64,000 nt of DNA from Methylicorpusculum sp. (lineage in GTDB: Bacteria > Pseudomonadota > Gammaproteobacteria > Methylococcales > Methylomonadaceae): assembly GCF_030651835.1 (NCBI RefSeq), contig NZ_JAUSBX010000107.1:3-64002 (forward strand), given 5' to 3'. The stretch's first letter is position 1, and each line of letters begins with the position of its first letter. The notes under the pieces were generated by a model. The model did no database searches, had not been told where the DNA came from, and saw nothing but the letters and a program-made list of their open reading frames with translations. Made by a program: the position numbers and the translations under genes. Shown one piece after another: positions 26,336-35,642 of the stretch.

Positions 26336-27062
26336 TTCATCCTCAATATTTTCTCCCCACTCCGTCAATTTCCGTCGCAGCAATTCCTTGTCCGGCAAAT
26401 AAAGCGAATATTTCCGCGCATGGATATTGGCGTCTTTGGGCAAGGTGATTTCCACCAAGGCTATAGGGTTCTTTTAGCAAGTCTTCGGGGCGGGCAATGC
26501 CCTGTTGGTCGCGGCTGAGTGCGAGACGTTCATAAAGACTGGCATTAAATTGGCGTTTGAGTTCGGGCAGCGTCCAGCCGTTGTTGGCAGACTCGATTTC
26601 GTAAAAGCTGCGCTCGTCGGGGTTGTCGATGGCAATCAGAAAGACGTATTGCGACCAACCCAGCTTGAAGGGTGAAACCAATTTGCCCAATGCGATTTGG
26701 GAATCCTGCGGATTCGTTGCGTTTACGGGCAAGGTTTTAGGCTCTTTAAGTGGCAGCCCGGATTTCCCAGATGCCATCTGGGAAATCCGGGCTGCCCGTT
26801 CTTGATAGGTCAGAAAGAATTTTCGCATGTATTCCAAGTTGGAACGCGAAAATCCTCGACCAAATTCGGCGGTCAATTCGACGGAGAGCGCCTTGAGCAA
26901 TGCTGATCCATACTCGGCCCGTTCTTTGCCCTGTTGTTCGTGCTCTACAAGGCGGCGGCCGATTTCAAAGTTGGTTAATACCTGAATTAAATCAACAGAG
27001 CGGACTATCGTCTTGCGCGCGGCGAGTATAAGGTCGCGGATGTCAATTAATAGGTCGTTCAC
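26336..27062 (-). pseudogene. YhcG/DUF1016 family gene with internal deletion and frameshift
   Basis: DUF1016 N-terminus (FEIGRRLVE...GFSRSNLEYMRKF...GWSQY...RSFYE...QFNASLYERL). After EDLLKEPY it jumps out of frame into a copy of the last ~40 codons. Confidence 0.75.
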
Positions 27063-29290
27063 TCCGTGACCTCGCGCAACAGACCCATAATCCGTTTCTC
27101 CACCGACTCCAATTCCGCATCAATTTCATGCAATGGTCTTGGCGGTTGATATTGGAAAAATTCGCGGTTGAAGTTGATTTCGTAACCGATTTTACCAATT
27201 CCGCCGTCTTGTTCGTCCAGGGCTTCGCGATCGATCCAGGCGTCGCCGACATAGGGCAAGACTTCGCGTTTGACGTAGCTGAGAACGTCTTCTTTCAACG
27301 GGATGTTTTCAAAATCTTTCAGGGCTGAATCAGCTTCGTATTCGTAAAATTTGCCTTTGCCGGCTTCATACTGGCCCAGTAAGGCATGCAATTCGTTGGG
27401 TTGTAGTTCCGGCAAACGCTGGCCCGGAAACAAAGCCGCCGTATCGGGCGCATCGGCTTTATGCAGTTTGGCAATCACCGGTTTGGCGTCGGGGTCAACA
27501 GTGGTAAAGGCATCGCGGAACAGTTTTTTCTGCGCCGTGCCTTTGGCGCCTTTGGCCCAGCCTTCCCTATCGCTCGTCAACGCTTTGACGATGTCCTGAA
27601 CCTGTTCCCAAATGTTATTCCAGTTGTCGTAAGCGTCTTGGCCGAGTTTATCTTCCACGGCGACCAGCGCATCGTAGAGTTCCGGGCAGGCATTGAGATA
27701 GCGTTCCTTGGCGTCCTGGCTGATTTGAAAACGCAAACGCAACGGGCGCTGGATGGTGACACGGCGGTAGCCAAAATCGGTGTTGTCGAATTGCTTGCTA
27801 GTGGCGCGCTCGATCCATTTTTGACCTTCCGGTGCCTCGGTATCGGTCGGAGTAGTGCGCCACTCGACTGGTTTACCGTCTTTATCCAGTCTTAACCAGG
27901 CTTTGCTGCTTAACGCCGATGAGCCGTGTTCTCTGGTGATTTCGTCAATCGCATTTTGGTCCAGATAACGGCGTTTATCGCCCAGGCTGCGCTTCATCGG
28001 CAGCCAGCGTTCGCGAGCGTCGATCAGTTGAATCTTACCTTGGCGGTGTTCAGCTTTCCTGTTGCTGACTACCCAAATAAAGGTGCCGATGCCGGTGTTG
28101 TAAAACATTTGCTCGGGCAAGGCGACGATGGCTTCCAGCCAGTCGTTTTCGATAATCCAGCGGCGAATCTCACTTTCGCCGCTACCTGCGCCGCCAGTAA
28201 ATAATGGCGAGCCATTGAATACGATGGCGGTACGCGAGCCGGGCTTGTCGCGATTGCCTGCTTGATAGGGCTGGAACTTGCTGATCATGTAGAGCAAAAA
28301 CAGTAATGCGCCGTCGTTAATGCGCGGCAGTTTACCGCTATAACCGCGAAAATTCGGCCAGCGGTCGATCAGCTTTTTTTCGGCCTTCCAATCCACGCCA
28401 AAGGGTGGATTCGCCAACAAATAATCGAAGCGCTGGCTTGGAAACGGGTCTTCGGTTAGGGTATTTCCGAGAGCTACCCAGCTATCCTTATGGCCTTTGA
28501 TCAGCAAGTCGGAGGCGGCTACCGCATAAGAACGCGGGTTGTAATCTTGGCCGTAAACTTTGACAGTGGCTTGGTCGTTATGAGCGCGTATCCAATTCTG
28601 CGCCTCGGCCAACATACCACCAGTGCCGCAAGCCGGATCGCAGATCGTGGCGATAATACCTTGCTGGGTTAAGACATGGGTATCGGGTTCCAGCAACAGA
28701 TTGACCATTAAGCGGATCACTTCACGCGGGGTAAAGTGATCCCCGGCGGTTTCATTGGCGGATTCGTTGAAACGGCGGATCAAGTCTTCAAACACCAAAC
28801 CCATGGTGATGTTATCGACCCGGTTGGGGTGTAAATCGATCTCGGCGAATTGGGCGACCACTTGATAGAGTCGGTTGGCTTCTTCCAGTTTTTCGATTTC
28901 TTGGTCAAAATTAAATCGTTCAAAGATTCTTTGAATATTTTCAGAAAAACCTTTGATATAGGTGATCAGATGTTGACCTATGTTATCCGGGTCGGCTTTG
29001 AGTTTATAAAAATCCAGTTTGCTGTGATTGTGAAAGCCTAATGGAGTGCCGTTTTCGTCCTTGGCTACCTCGTTAAGCAGCCGGTCGATCAATTGCGGTT
29101 CTTTGCCTTGCAGGGTTTCAAAGCGCGCCAGGACTTGATCTTTGGTTGGTGCAAGCACGGCATCGAAGCGGCGCAAAACGGTCAATGGCAACATGACGCG
29201 CTCGTATTGCGGCGGTCGATATGGGCCGCGCAGCAGGTCGGCTACCGACCAGATGAAATTGGCCAGTTGTTGGAAATTAGTTGAACTCAT
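27059..29290 (-). CDS. hsdM: Type I R-M methyltransferase subunit M (N6-adenine)
   Basis: GDHFTPREV, DPACGTGG SAM motif, NPPF motif IV, GYEINFNR C-terminus. Confidence 0.95.
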   Translation of the reverse strand: MSSTNFQQLANFIWSVADLLRGPYRPPQYERVMLPLTVLRRFDAVLAPTKDQVLARFETLQGKEPQLIDRLLNEVAKDENGTPLGFHNHSKLDFYKLKADPDNIGQHLITYIKGFSENIQRIFERFNFDQEIEKLEEANRLYQVVAQFAEIDLHPNRVDNITMGLVFEDLIRRFNESANETAGDHFTPREVIRLMVNLLLEPDTHVLTQQGIIATICDPACGTGGMLAEAQNWIRAHNDQATVKVYGQDYNPRSYAVAASDLLIKGHKDSWVALGNTLTEDPFPSQRFDYLLANPPFGVDWKAEKKLIDRWPNFRGYSGKLPRINDGALLFLLYMISKFQPYQAGNRDKPGSRTAIVFNGSPLFTGGAGSGESEIRRWIIENDWLEAIVALPEQMFYNTGIGTFIWVVSNRKAEHRQGKIQLIDARERWLPMKRSLGDKRRYLDQNAIDEITREHGSSALSSKAWLRLDKDGKPVEWRTTPTDTEAPEGQKWIERATSKQFDNTDFGYRRVTIQRPLRLRFQISQDAKERYLNACPELYDALVAVEDKLGQDAYDNWNNIWEQVQDIVKALTSDREGWAKGAKGTAQKKLFRDAFTTVDPDAKPVIAKLHKADAPDTAALFPGQRLPELQPNELHALLGQYEAGKGKFYEYEADSALKDFENIPLKEDVLSYVKREVLPYVGDAWIDREALDEQDGGIGKIGYEINFNREFFQYQPPRPLHEIDAELESVEKRIMGLLREVTE

Positions 29291-29346
29291 TATTTATTCC
29301 AGAAGGCATATTGTTTTACCTGAACTATCCATGTCTAAAAAGAATA

Positions 29347-29874
29347 CTAGGGCGTAAACCCAAAAGTACCTGCCGCATGTCGGCTGAGCAGGTCATAAAT
29401 CATTGTGCAGTTCACACCAAAAACATAAGCAGCATCAGGAATCAGAACGCGTCGTTTAGTTTCAGGCTTACTAAGTTCGTGGGTGGCTAATTTGAAGCCG
29501 TGAGCCTTTGCGGTAGCAATTAGAAACACATCAGCTCTATCTGAGCGGGCAAATTCATTTTTTGCTTGCTGTGTGTAATGGTTGTTGGAAAAATTCCAGG
29601 CCATTATCTGGCCATAAGCTTGTATGACCGAAGCATCATGTGTATCTGGGATGAAAAAGCTATCAGGCAATTGATTGGCCCATAACTTGACTTGATCATC
29701 GTCATTGCCGTCGTTGAGTTCTTGAAACACTTTAGCGGTACTAAAAAGCAAACCCGCATCATGGCCGTCAGCTAACCATTGCCAAAATCCTTGGCAAAAT
29801 TCAAAACGGTAATGAAAATTTTTAGCCTGGATAAAAACGTTGGCGTCGATCAAGTAACGGGTGTCGGGTATCAT
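29347..29874 (-). CDS. DUF4411-family PIN-like protein
   Basis: YLIDANVFIQA...FWQWL...AD.FLIA.A...LATHE...IPD; ATGA overlap with the upstream peptidase gene. Confidence 0.75.
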   Translation of the reverse strand: MIPDTRYLIDANVFIQAKNFHYRFEFCQGFWQWLADGHDAGLLFSTAKVFQELNDGNDDDQVKLWANQLPDSFFIPDTHDASVIQAYGQIMAWNFSNNHYTQQAKNEFARSDRADVFLIATAKAHGFKLATHELSKPETKRRVLIPDAAYVFGVNCTMIYDLLSRHAAGTFGFTP

Positions 29875-30995
29875 TTAATCCCCAATCTCTTACCTAGCTC
29901 AAGCACCGTTTCTGGGCGAATGTTTAACAAGCTCGCGGCTTCACGTAGCATTGTTTGACCGTTAACGGCATTTGCCACAATAGCATTGGTTAACCGTTTG
30001 CTGTTCCTGATCGGATAACTACGGAATGGACTACCACCATCGGATTTACTGGCGCTTTTACTCGCAGTGGCAATCGTTTGATAACCAATCCAATCGATTT
30101 TTCCTAAATCCAAAGCTCTTCTGGCAATAACCAGTTGGCTTACTTTGAATTTTTTGCTGAGCAGATCGTATTGATTGGGCGTTTGCTCCCATGCAGGCAT
30201 AAACTCGCGCTCAGGTGTTAATAATTCTGCGGCTATTCGATTGCAGTATGTCTCTAAGTTAACCTGGCTGGGCTGAATGGGTGCTACGTCGGAAACGCCA
30301 CTTTCTCCCAGCCATATATGCGCCAGTTCGTGGGCCAGGGTAAATATCCAGGCAGCTTCGCTATCTTTACCGTTGATAAAGATGACAGGTACGAGAGGGT
30401 CATAAATGGCAAAACCTCTGAATTCATCTACAGATAAACCTCGTTTCGTATTGCTTTTGACTATGCCGCTTCTAAATACTAACACACCGATGCTCTCAAT
30501 TTTTTCGCTAAGCAGATTGTAAAAGGCTTTGTAATCTTTGGATGTTTGGCGATCCTGCTCGTTAATATTCAACGCTTTACGAATATCGTTGGCAATTTCG
30601 ACAGGAGCATGTTGATCATGGAAAGCGAATTTTCCAATAAAAGATAGTGGATGCGCGCCTTGGTCACGCAAGTAATCCTGATACCACTGTTGTTTACGCA
30701 ACACGTCATCTAAGGTATCGAAAAAATCAATGCTAAGTGGTGCGTGATCGGGTAGCTGTCTTAAATCTGGCAGACTACGCTCGATCTTAGCCGGTGGTGT
30801 CTCCAGAAAGAAATAGCCGAAGGGTATATGAGTTTTTTGTGCAAGCGTTTCCGTTTGAGCGACAGATAATTTTCCCGCTTTGTAATCATCCATCTTACTT
30901 GGTGTACCCAGCAAACCAACCAGCACATCAAGGCTAATGCCACATTGATCGGCGGCCCAGCGTAAGATGTTTGGAGAGATTTGTAGGGTTTGCAT
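29871..30995 (-). CDS. HTH plus ImmA/IrrE-family Zn metallopeptidase
   Basis: N-terminal HTH (ILRWAADQCG...), PFGYFFL, FRGFA, FTLAHELAH HExxH motif, CNRIAAELL. Confidence 0.85.
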   Translation of the reverse strand: MQTLQISPNILRWAADQCGISLDVLVGLLGTPSKMDDYKAGKLSVAQTETLAQKTHIPFGYFFLETPPAKIERSLPDLRQLPDHAPLSIDFFDTLDDVLRKQQWYQDYLRDQGAHPLSFIGKFAFHDQHAPVEIANDIRKALNINEQDRQTSKDYKAFYNLLSEKIESIGVLVFRSGIVKSNTKRGLSVDEFRGFAIYDPLVPVIFINGKDSEAAWIFTLAHELAHIWLGESGVSDVAPIQPSQVNLETYCNRIAAELLTPEREFMPAWEQTPNQYDLLSKKFKVSQLVIARRALDLGKIDWIGYQTIATASKSASKSDGGSPFRSYPIRNSKRLTNAIVANAVNGQTMLREAASLLNIRPETVLELGKRLGIK

Positions 30996-31121
30996 TACAT
31001 TTATCTTAAATTGTTAATTAAGTGAATGATGTCTATTATAGGAGCCTTCTGGTGCCAAGCCCATACAACAAGCTATTTTTGTTTGTATATCAAACTTCAC
31101 ACCCTTTTTGTAGTCAGCAAT

Positions 31122-31358
31122 TCAAAAATGTTGCTGTATTTGTCGCGCTGCCATGGCCTTAACAATAGCTATCCAGTCCGCCACAATTTGCTGAATGTCA
31201 TCCCCGACGGGAATGAAGTATGTGGTGAAACTTTTACAGAACTTGGTTTTAACTTCACGGGCATCCTGGAAGATGCAATTTGCAGCCAGATCGACATGCT
31301 TTAGCTTCATTGAGGCATTCTTGCTGTCTCTGGCGCTGGTAACCGGAGTCCACTTTAG
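31122..31358 (-). pseudogene. Tyrosine recombinase/integrase remnant
   Basis: TSARDSKNASMKLKHVDL...DAREVKTKF...TYFIPVGDD resembles the catalytic-Arg box of phage integrases. Truncated at both ends and adjacent to the right direct repeat. Confidence 0.6.
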
Positions 31359-31363
31359 GCTTT

Positions 31364-31396
31364 AATTGAGAAATAATGTCTTTGGATCGCGTTTTA
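31364..31396 (+). repeat. Right direct repeat (att-like)
   Basis: aattgagaaataatgtctttggatcgcgtttta; matches 18833-18865 with one mismatch. Confidence 0.85.
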
Positions 31397-31405
31397 TTAA
31401 CGCGC

Positions 31406-31438
31406 ATAAAAAAACCGCTTAAAAAGCGGTTTTTTTAT
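31406..31438 (-). terminator. Bidirectional intrinsic terminator downstream of tRNA-Cys
   Basis: ataaaaaaaccgct-taaaa-agcggtttttttat. Confidence 0.85.
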
Positions 31439-31447
31439 ATCAATAAG

Positions 31448-31521
31448 TGGAGGCTGCGGCCGGAATCGAACCGGCGTAGATGGCTTTGCAGGCCACTGCA
31501 TAACCATTTTGCTACGCAGCC
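31448..31521 (-). tRNA. tRNA-Cys (GCA)
   Basis: GGCTGCGTAGCAAAATGGTTATGCAGTGGCCTGCAAAGCCATCTACGCCGGTTCGATTCCGGCCGCAGCCTCCA. Confidence 0.96.
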
Positions 31522-31532
31522 ATACTAAAAAC

Positions 31533-31559
31533 AAAAAAGCCGCGATTACGCGGCTTTTT
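31533..31559 (-). terminator. Terminator-like hairpin between tRNA-Gly and tRNA-Cys
   Basis: Minus strand aaaaagccgcg-taat-cgcggctttttt followed by further U residues. Confidence 0.7.
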
Positions 31560-31570
31560 GAAAACTTTAT

Positions 31571-31645
31571 TGGAGCGGGAAACGGGACTTGAACCCGCGA
31601 CCCCAACCTTGGCAAGGTTGTGCTCTACCACTGAGCTATTCCCGC
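31571..31645 (-). tRNA. tRNA-Gly (GCC)
   Basis: GCGGGAATAGCTCAGTGGTAGAGCACAACCTTGCCAAGGTTGGGGTCGCGGGTTCAAGTCCCGTTTCCCGCTCCA. Confidence 0.97.
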
Positions 31646-31706
31646 AACACCTTCAATGACGAGCATTATATAGAAAATATCACAGTAGTCAAGCATTATT
31701 TTCTAA

Positions 31707-32204
31707 TTACTGAACATTAATCGCTAGCGTCCATGCAGTCTGTCCACTGCACTCACCTTCTGAAAGAATTTTGACATTAACGAATGCATTTTTCTTTCCA
31801 TAAGCGTCCTGAAATCCTTCGACTGAAACAGGTGTTCCTTGTGGCATATGTTTACAGCCACCACTACGGTCATCTTCTTCGGTATCATCATAAGCAGCAA
31901 TGGTACCTGGCACGGCCACAAGCCTGATTGAGGCATTAGGATCGGTTGCATTAGGGCCTTTCAATACATATTTTTGACCCATTTGAAGATCCTTGATTAC
32001 CGGACCGCTTACTGTGGAATCTGAACCCCCACTAAATAAAGAAATTACAATTAATAAACCAACAGCGCCTAAACCGCCATAAAATATTTTGGGCTGGTCT
32101 TCTTTTAGTTTAAGCAAAGTATCCGTTAATTTGCCGATAGCAGCTTGGGACTTTTCTACTGCTTCAGTAGCTTTTTCTTGAGTTGTATTTTCTTCATTAC
32201 TCAT
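31707..32204 (-). CDS. Hypothetical single-TM membrane protein
   Basis: Charged N-terminus, TM helix IFYGGLGAVGLLIVISLF, beta-rich C-terminus with two Cys. Start set at ATG 32204. Confidence 0.65.
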   Translation of the reverse strand: MSNEENTTQEKATEAVEKSQAAIGKLTDTLLKLKEDQPKIFYGGLGAVGLLIVISLFSGGSDSTVSGPVIKDLQMGQKYVLKGPNATDPNASIRLVAVPGTIAAYDDTEEDDRSGGCKHMPQGTPVSVEGFQDAYGKKNAFVNVKILSEGECSGQTAWTLAINVQ

Positions 32205-32470
32205 TGTTTCTCTCACTCTAAAATTATTATCGTAGTGGTTAAGGCCTGAAATTTTTTGGGTTATCAAGGTTATGACTCAGGTTTGATAACTAATTCAGCC
32301 CCCTTTATTTATTATTATAAGGGTCTTAATAATTTAAAATTTTACGTATTCGATGTTAAGCAAGTAACAAATTACCATGTTAATAAAACTTTTCAAGTAT
32401 TAAGTGATCGGGCTATTTTCGTTGATTGCGAATAAAAAATAAAAACGTGAGGAAAAAAACGATTTGATAT

Positions 32471-34027
32471 TCATTTATTTTGTGGTCTGGAGCCCTCTTC
32501 CAAGCGTCTGCATTCAAACTGCCAGTATCCTAAACCTATATTTTTACGGCCTCTCAAAATAATTGGAAAAGTATTTTTATTCATGAACATTCTTACTATA
32601 TCGCCATCTTTTAAATTATAAGATTCAATAATAATGTAACTTTTGTCAGGCCCATTATCTTTTACCCCATAAATCAAGGCTCTAACAGGGGGCGTCAGAT
32701 GATCAAGCGGCTGGTAAAATACGGCGTACACTTGAATTGCCAACAATTCAATTTCGAAACTTACTTTTGACGTTGACTTTGTAATTGTGATTTTATTTAC
32801 AATCCCTAATGAACGCTTATTCACCGGAGCATCAGGCTTCCTGATACTCACCAGACTACCAATAGAAATAAGCTCTGTATTTTCAAAATCACAGGCTAAT
32901 GATCTTTCTGATGCTGACTGTACACGATACTCCAAGCTTTGAATGTTCGCATCACTCGGTTCTGATAGTAAATCATGTGTATTATCGAGGCCAATGCAAA
33001 TACAACGATCCAGACGATCCGAAAACAGGGCATAACCTTTTAACTCGATACCCTGCCATCTCAGACTGAGATAATCCAGCAACTCGATTGGCAGTTTGTT
33101 TTTTGGTACTTTTTCCGCCGTAATAGCGCTAAATCGAGCGTGATCTTTATTGACAAATTTGTCTTTTTGAAAAAGGATCTTATTTACTTTTTCAAAGCCC
33201 AGGTACAGACAAGAAGAATCAGTCCGATATTTAGACTCTGAGCTAAATTGAGGTCCTAGATCTTCATCAGTTAGCACAATACATTGGTTTTTTGCTTGAT
33301 CACCTGCAAGTTTGGTATCAACAATCAAATACGGCGTCAATTGTTCTATAAAATCGAAAACCGGCAGGACTTCTTTTTGCGTCAAGCCCGCCGGCTGAGC
33401 CAGACTCATCATTAATATTTGCCGGTAGCAGTCATCCACAGAAACGGTTTTACCCAAATCACGCTGAAGCCTCGGAACTTTACTGGTCTCTTTTTTTATT
33501 TTTACGCTTAATCTGTAAATTGAGTGGATATCTATCCACACCCAATCAGGAACAGGCATGACCATTAAAAAATGACTTAGAACTATCTGACAAAGACCGC
33601 TGATTGTTCTCTGCAAAGATAAAACGACATGTTTGCCCTGAAACCAGCTGACATCTCTTTTGGTTTGCTCTTTTAAAGTAATCCAATACCCAATCGTGAA
33701 CTCTTTCTGGAGAGTTATCAGAAGATTAAAAACTTTTAATGCTTCTTCATTTTGAGGAAAGCCTTGTGTTATTAGCTTGGACCTCAAAAATTCTTCTATA
33801 CCTAAATAACTCAGCCTCAATATTTCAAGGGCATCCAGGCGAAACTGGGTGGCCATTGTGAGACCATTCAATTCTTTTAATAAATCAAAAAAAAGGCGCG
33901 TCGATAAACCAGGGTTAGTAACGGGGAGTTCACTTAACCAATGCTGTAGGGATTTTGGCTCAAATAATCTAAGCCGCTCCGGCAGGTCCCTTTGGACTGG
34001 GATTACCAGATAAAAAGAATTCTTCAC
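32471..34027 (-). CDS. FimW-like c-di-GMP receptor / type IV pilus-associated protein
   Basis: N-terminus (WLSELPVTNPG...LNGL...RLDALE.LR), W..IH..Y and a C-terminal PilZ-like beta domain resemble Pseudomonas FimW from recall. Confidence 0.55.
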   Translation of the reverse strand: MKNSFYLVIPVQRDLPERLRLFEPKSLQHWLSELPVTNPGLSTRLFFDLLKELNGLTMATQFRLDALEILRLSYLGIEEFLRSKLITQGFPQNEEALKVFNLLITLQKEFTIGYWITLKEQTKRDVSWFQGKHVVLSLQRTISGLCQIVLSHFLMVMPVPDWVWIDIHSIYRLSVKIKKETSKVPRLQRDLGKTVSVDDCYRQILMMSLAQPAGLTQKEVLPVFDFIEQLTPYLIVDTKLAGDQAKNQCIVLTDEDLGPQFSSESKYRTDSSCLYLGFEKVNKILFQKDKFVNKDHARFSAITAEKVPKNKLPIELLDYLSLRWQGIELKGYALFSDRLDRCICIGLDNTHDLLSEPSDANIQSLEYRVQSASERSLACDFENTELISIGSLVSIRKPDAPVNKRSLGIVNKITITKSTSKVSFEIELLAIQVYAVFYQPLDHLTPPVRALIYGVKDNGPDKSYIIIESYNLKDGDIVRMFMNKNTFPIILRGRKNIGLGYWQFECRRLEEGSRPQNK

Positions 34028-34110
34028 TCAGCCCTCAGGTATATGAACATGATTGGCAATCTATAGAAATGCCCATTTTAGGGCTAAACAGTGTTTATCG
34101 GGCTAAAGGT

Positions 34111-34275
34111 CAGCAATTCCCAGTTTGAACTTAAAATATGGCTTTAAGGAGTGGCGTAAGCCTTACAAGGGACGCCGTAGACCCATTCATGGGGGCTTGA
34201 CGGGCAGCATCCCTGCTGCAGACATCCTCGCAAAGCTTAAGCCACCCCTTTTTTTCGTCAAACTGGGAATTGCCG
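34111..34275 (-). mobile_element. MITE-like repeat family 1
   Basis: TIRs cagcaattcccagtttga / tcaaactgggaattgccg; core gacgccgtagacccattcatgggggcttgacgggcagcatccctgctgcagacatcc. Confidence 0.82.
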
Positions 34276-34387
34276 GCTCAAGGTAATAAAACTTGAGAGG
34301 TTTGGATCAACAGAAATAATATTCAGATGTTTCGATTAAAATTTTGTGACTATTCAGCGGAGCAACAAAACAAAGGTGCTGCACGGT

Positions 34388-34474
34388 GTAGGTTGCGGTT
34401 AGCGATAGCCAACCCAACATTTCAAGGACATGGCCTTAATTGTTGGGTTACGAAAAACATGCCGCCCAACCTAC
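34388..34474. repeat. Degenerate REPIN of the same GTAG-REP family as the RAYT-flanking REPs
   Basis: gtaggttgcggttagcgatagccaacccaaca ... tgttgggttacg...cccaacctac. Confidence 0.7.
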
Positions 34475-34565
34475 GCTGGATAAATACCCTTCGTCTGTCC
34501 TGATGACCAAAACAGCGAAGTGCTAAATCCAATCAGCCTGCTGACCACTATACGCTTACACCGTA

Positions 34566-35642
34566 TCAGTTCTGTTTACCTTGCAAACCTAATCGCTCTC
34601 CACGATAGCTGCCATCTAAAATATTTGTCCACCAATTCGGGTGATCAATATACCATTGGACGGTTTTTCTTAATCCGGTTTCAAAAGTCTCTTCAGGCTC
34701 CCATCCCAACTCATTTTTTATTTTCCCTGCATCTATTGCATAGCGCAGATCATGCCCCGGCCGATCGACGACAAACTTGACCAATTGTTTATGAGGGCGA
34801 AATGATGAATGAGGCAAAAGTTCGTCCAAAAGCGAACACAGCGTGTCGACCACTTCTACATTGGTTTTTTCATTATTACCGCCAATATTGTAGACCTGCC
34901 CGACCCGGCCTTTGCACAACACTGCCTCTATTGCCTTGCAATGGTCCTCAACATACAGCCAGTCCCTAATGTTGAGCCCCTGACCATAAATGGGCAGGGT
35001 TTTTCCCGACATAGCATTCAAAATCATCAAAGGAATGAGCTTTTCAGGAAATTGATAAGGTCCGTAATTGTTTGAGCAGTTTGTTGTCAGTACCGGCAAG
35101 CCATAGGTATGATAATAAGCTCTAACCAGATGATCAGAAGCGGCTTTGGATGCAGAATAAGGAGAATTGGGTTGATAGGGCGTATCTTCGGTAAACTTAC
35201 CCTCATCGCCCAGTGAACCATAAACTTCATCGGTTGAAACATGCAAAAAGCGAAAATTATCACGTGCGCTTCCATCCAACTGTTGCCAGTAGTTTTTCGC
35301 CGATTCGAGAAGACCGTAAGTACCCACAACATTTGTTTGTATGAATGATCCCGGATCATCTATGGAGCGATCGACATGACTCTCAGCTGCAAAATTGATG
35401 ATTGCCTCCGGCTGGTACCTGGACAGTAAATAATCGACCAGACTTTTGTCGCCAATGGACCCCAGCACAAAACGATGGTTAATATCATCATCGACATCGG
35501 CAAGTGTTTCCAGATTACCTGCATAAGTCAGCGCATCCAGAGTAATGACTTTTGTGTCACCTTTCTTCAGCATCTGATGGACGAAATTACTTCCTATAAA
35601 TCCTGCACCACCGGTAACGATGATAGTTTTGTACTGTTGCAT
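34566..35642 (-). CDS. rfbB: dTDP-glucose 4,6-dehydratase
   Basis: TGGAGFIGSN, FAAESHVDRSI, HVSTDEVYG, YSASK, DRPGHDLRYA. Confidence 0.95.
   Translation of the reverse strand: MQQYKTIIVTGGAGFIGSNFVHQMLKKGDTKVITLDALTYAGNLETLADVDDDINHRFVLGSIGDKSLVDYLLSRYQPEAIINFAAESHVDRSIDDPGSFIQTNVVGTYGLLESAKNYWQQLDGSARDNFRFLHVSTDEVYGSLGDEGKFTEDTPYQPNSPYSASKAASDHLVRAYYHTYGLPVLTTNCSNNYGPYQFPEKLIPLMILNAMSGKTLPIYGQGLNIRDWLYVEDHCKAIEAVLCKGRVGQVYNIGGNNEKTNVEVVDTLCSLLDELLPHSSFRPHKQLVKFVVDRPGHDLRYAIDAGKIKNELGWEPEETFETGLRKTVQWYIDHPNWWTNILDGSYRGERLGLQGKQN

Larger units (their letters stand above)
18833..31396. mobile_element. Defence genomic island bounded by 33-bp direct repeats, next to a tRNA-Gly/Cys pair
   Basis: Direct repeats at both ends, integrase remnant at the tRNA-proximal end, cargo of R-M, Septu-like and toxin-antitoxin-like genes. 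Confidence 0.72.

Noticed and set aside
25721-26518. 265-aa plus-strand ORF and the many other antisense ORFs in the track
   Set aside because: They are shadows of well-supported genes on the opposite strand, with no motifs or RBS support.
31364-31396. dif/XerCD site as the identity of the island direct repeat
   Set aside because: Only loose similarity to the XerD arm and no XerC arm symmetry.
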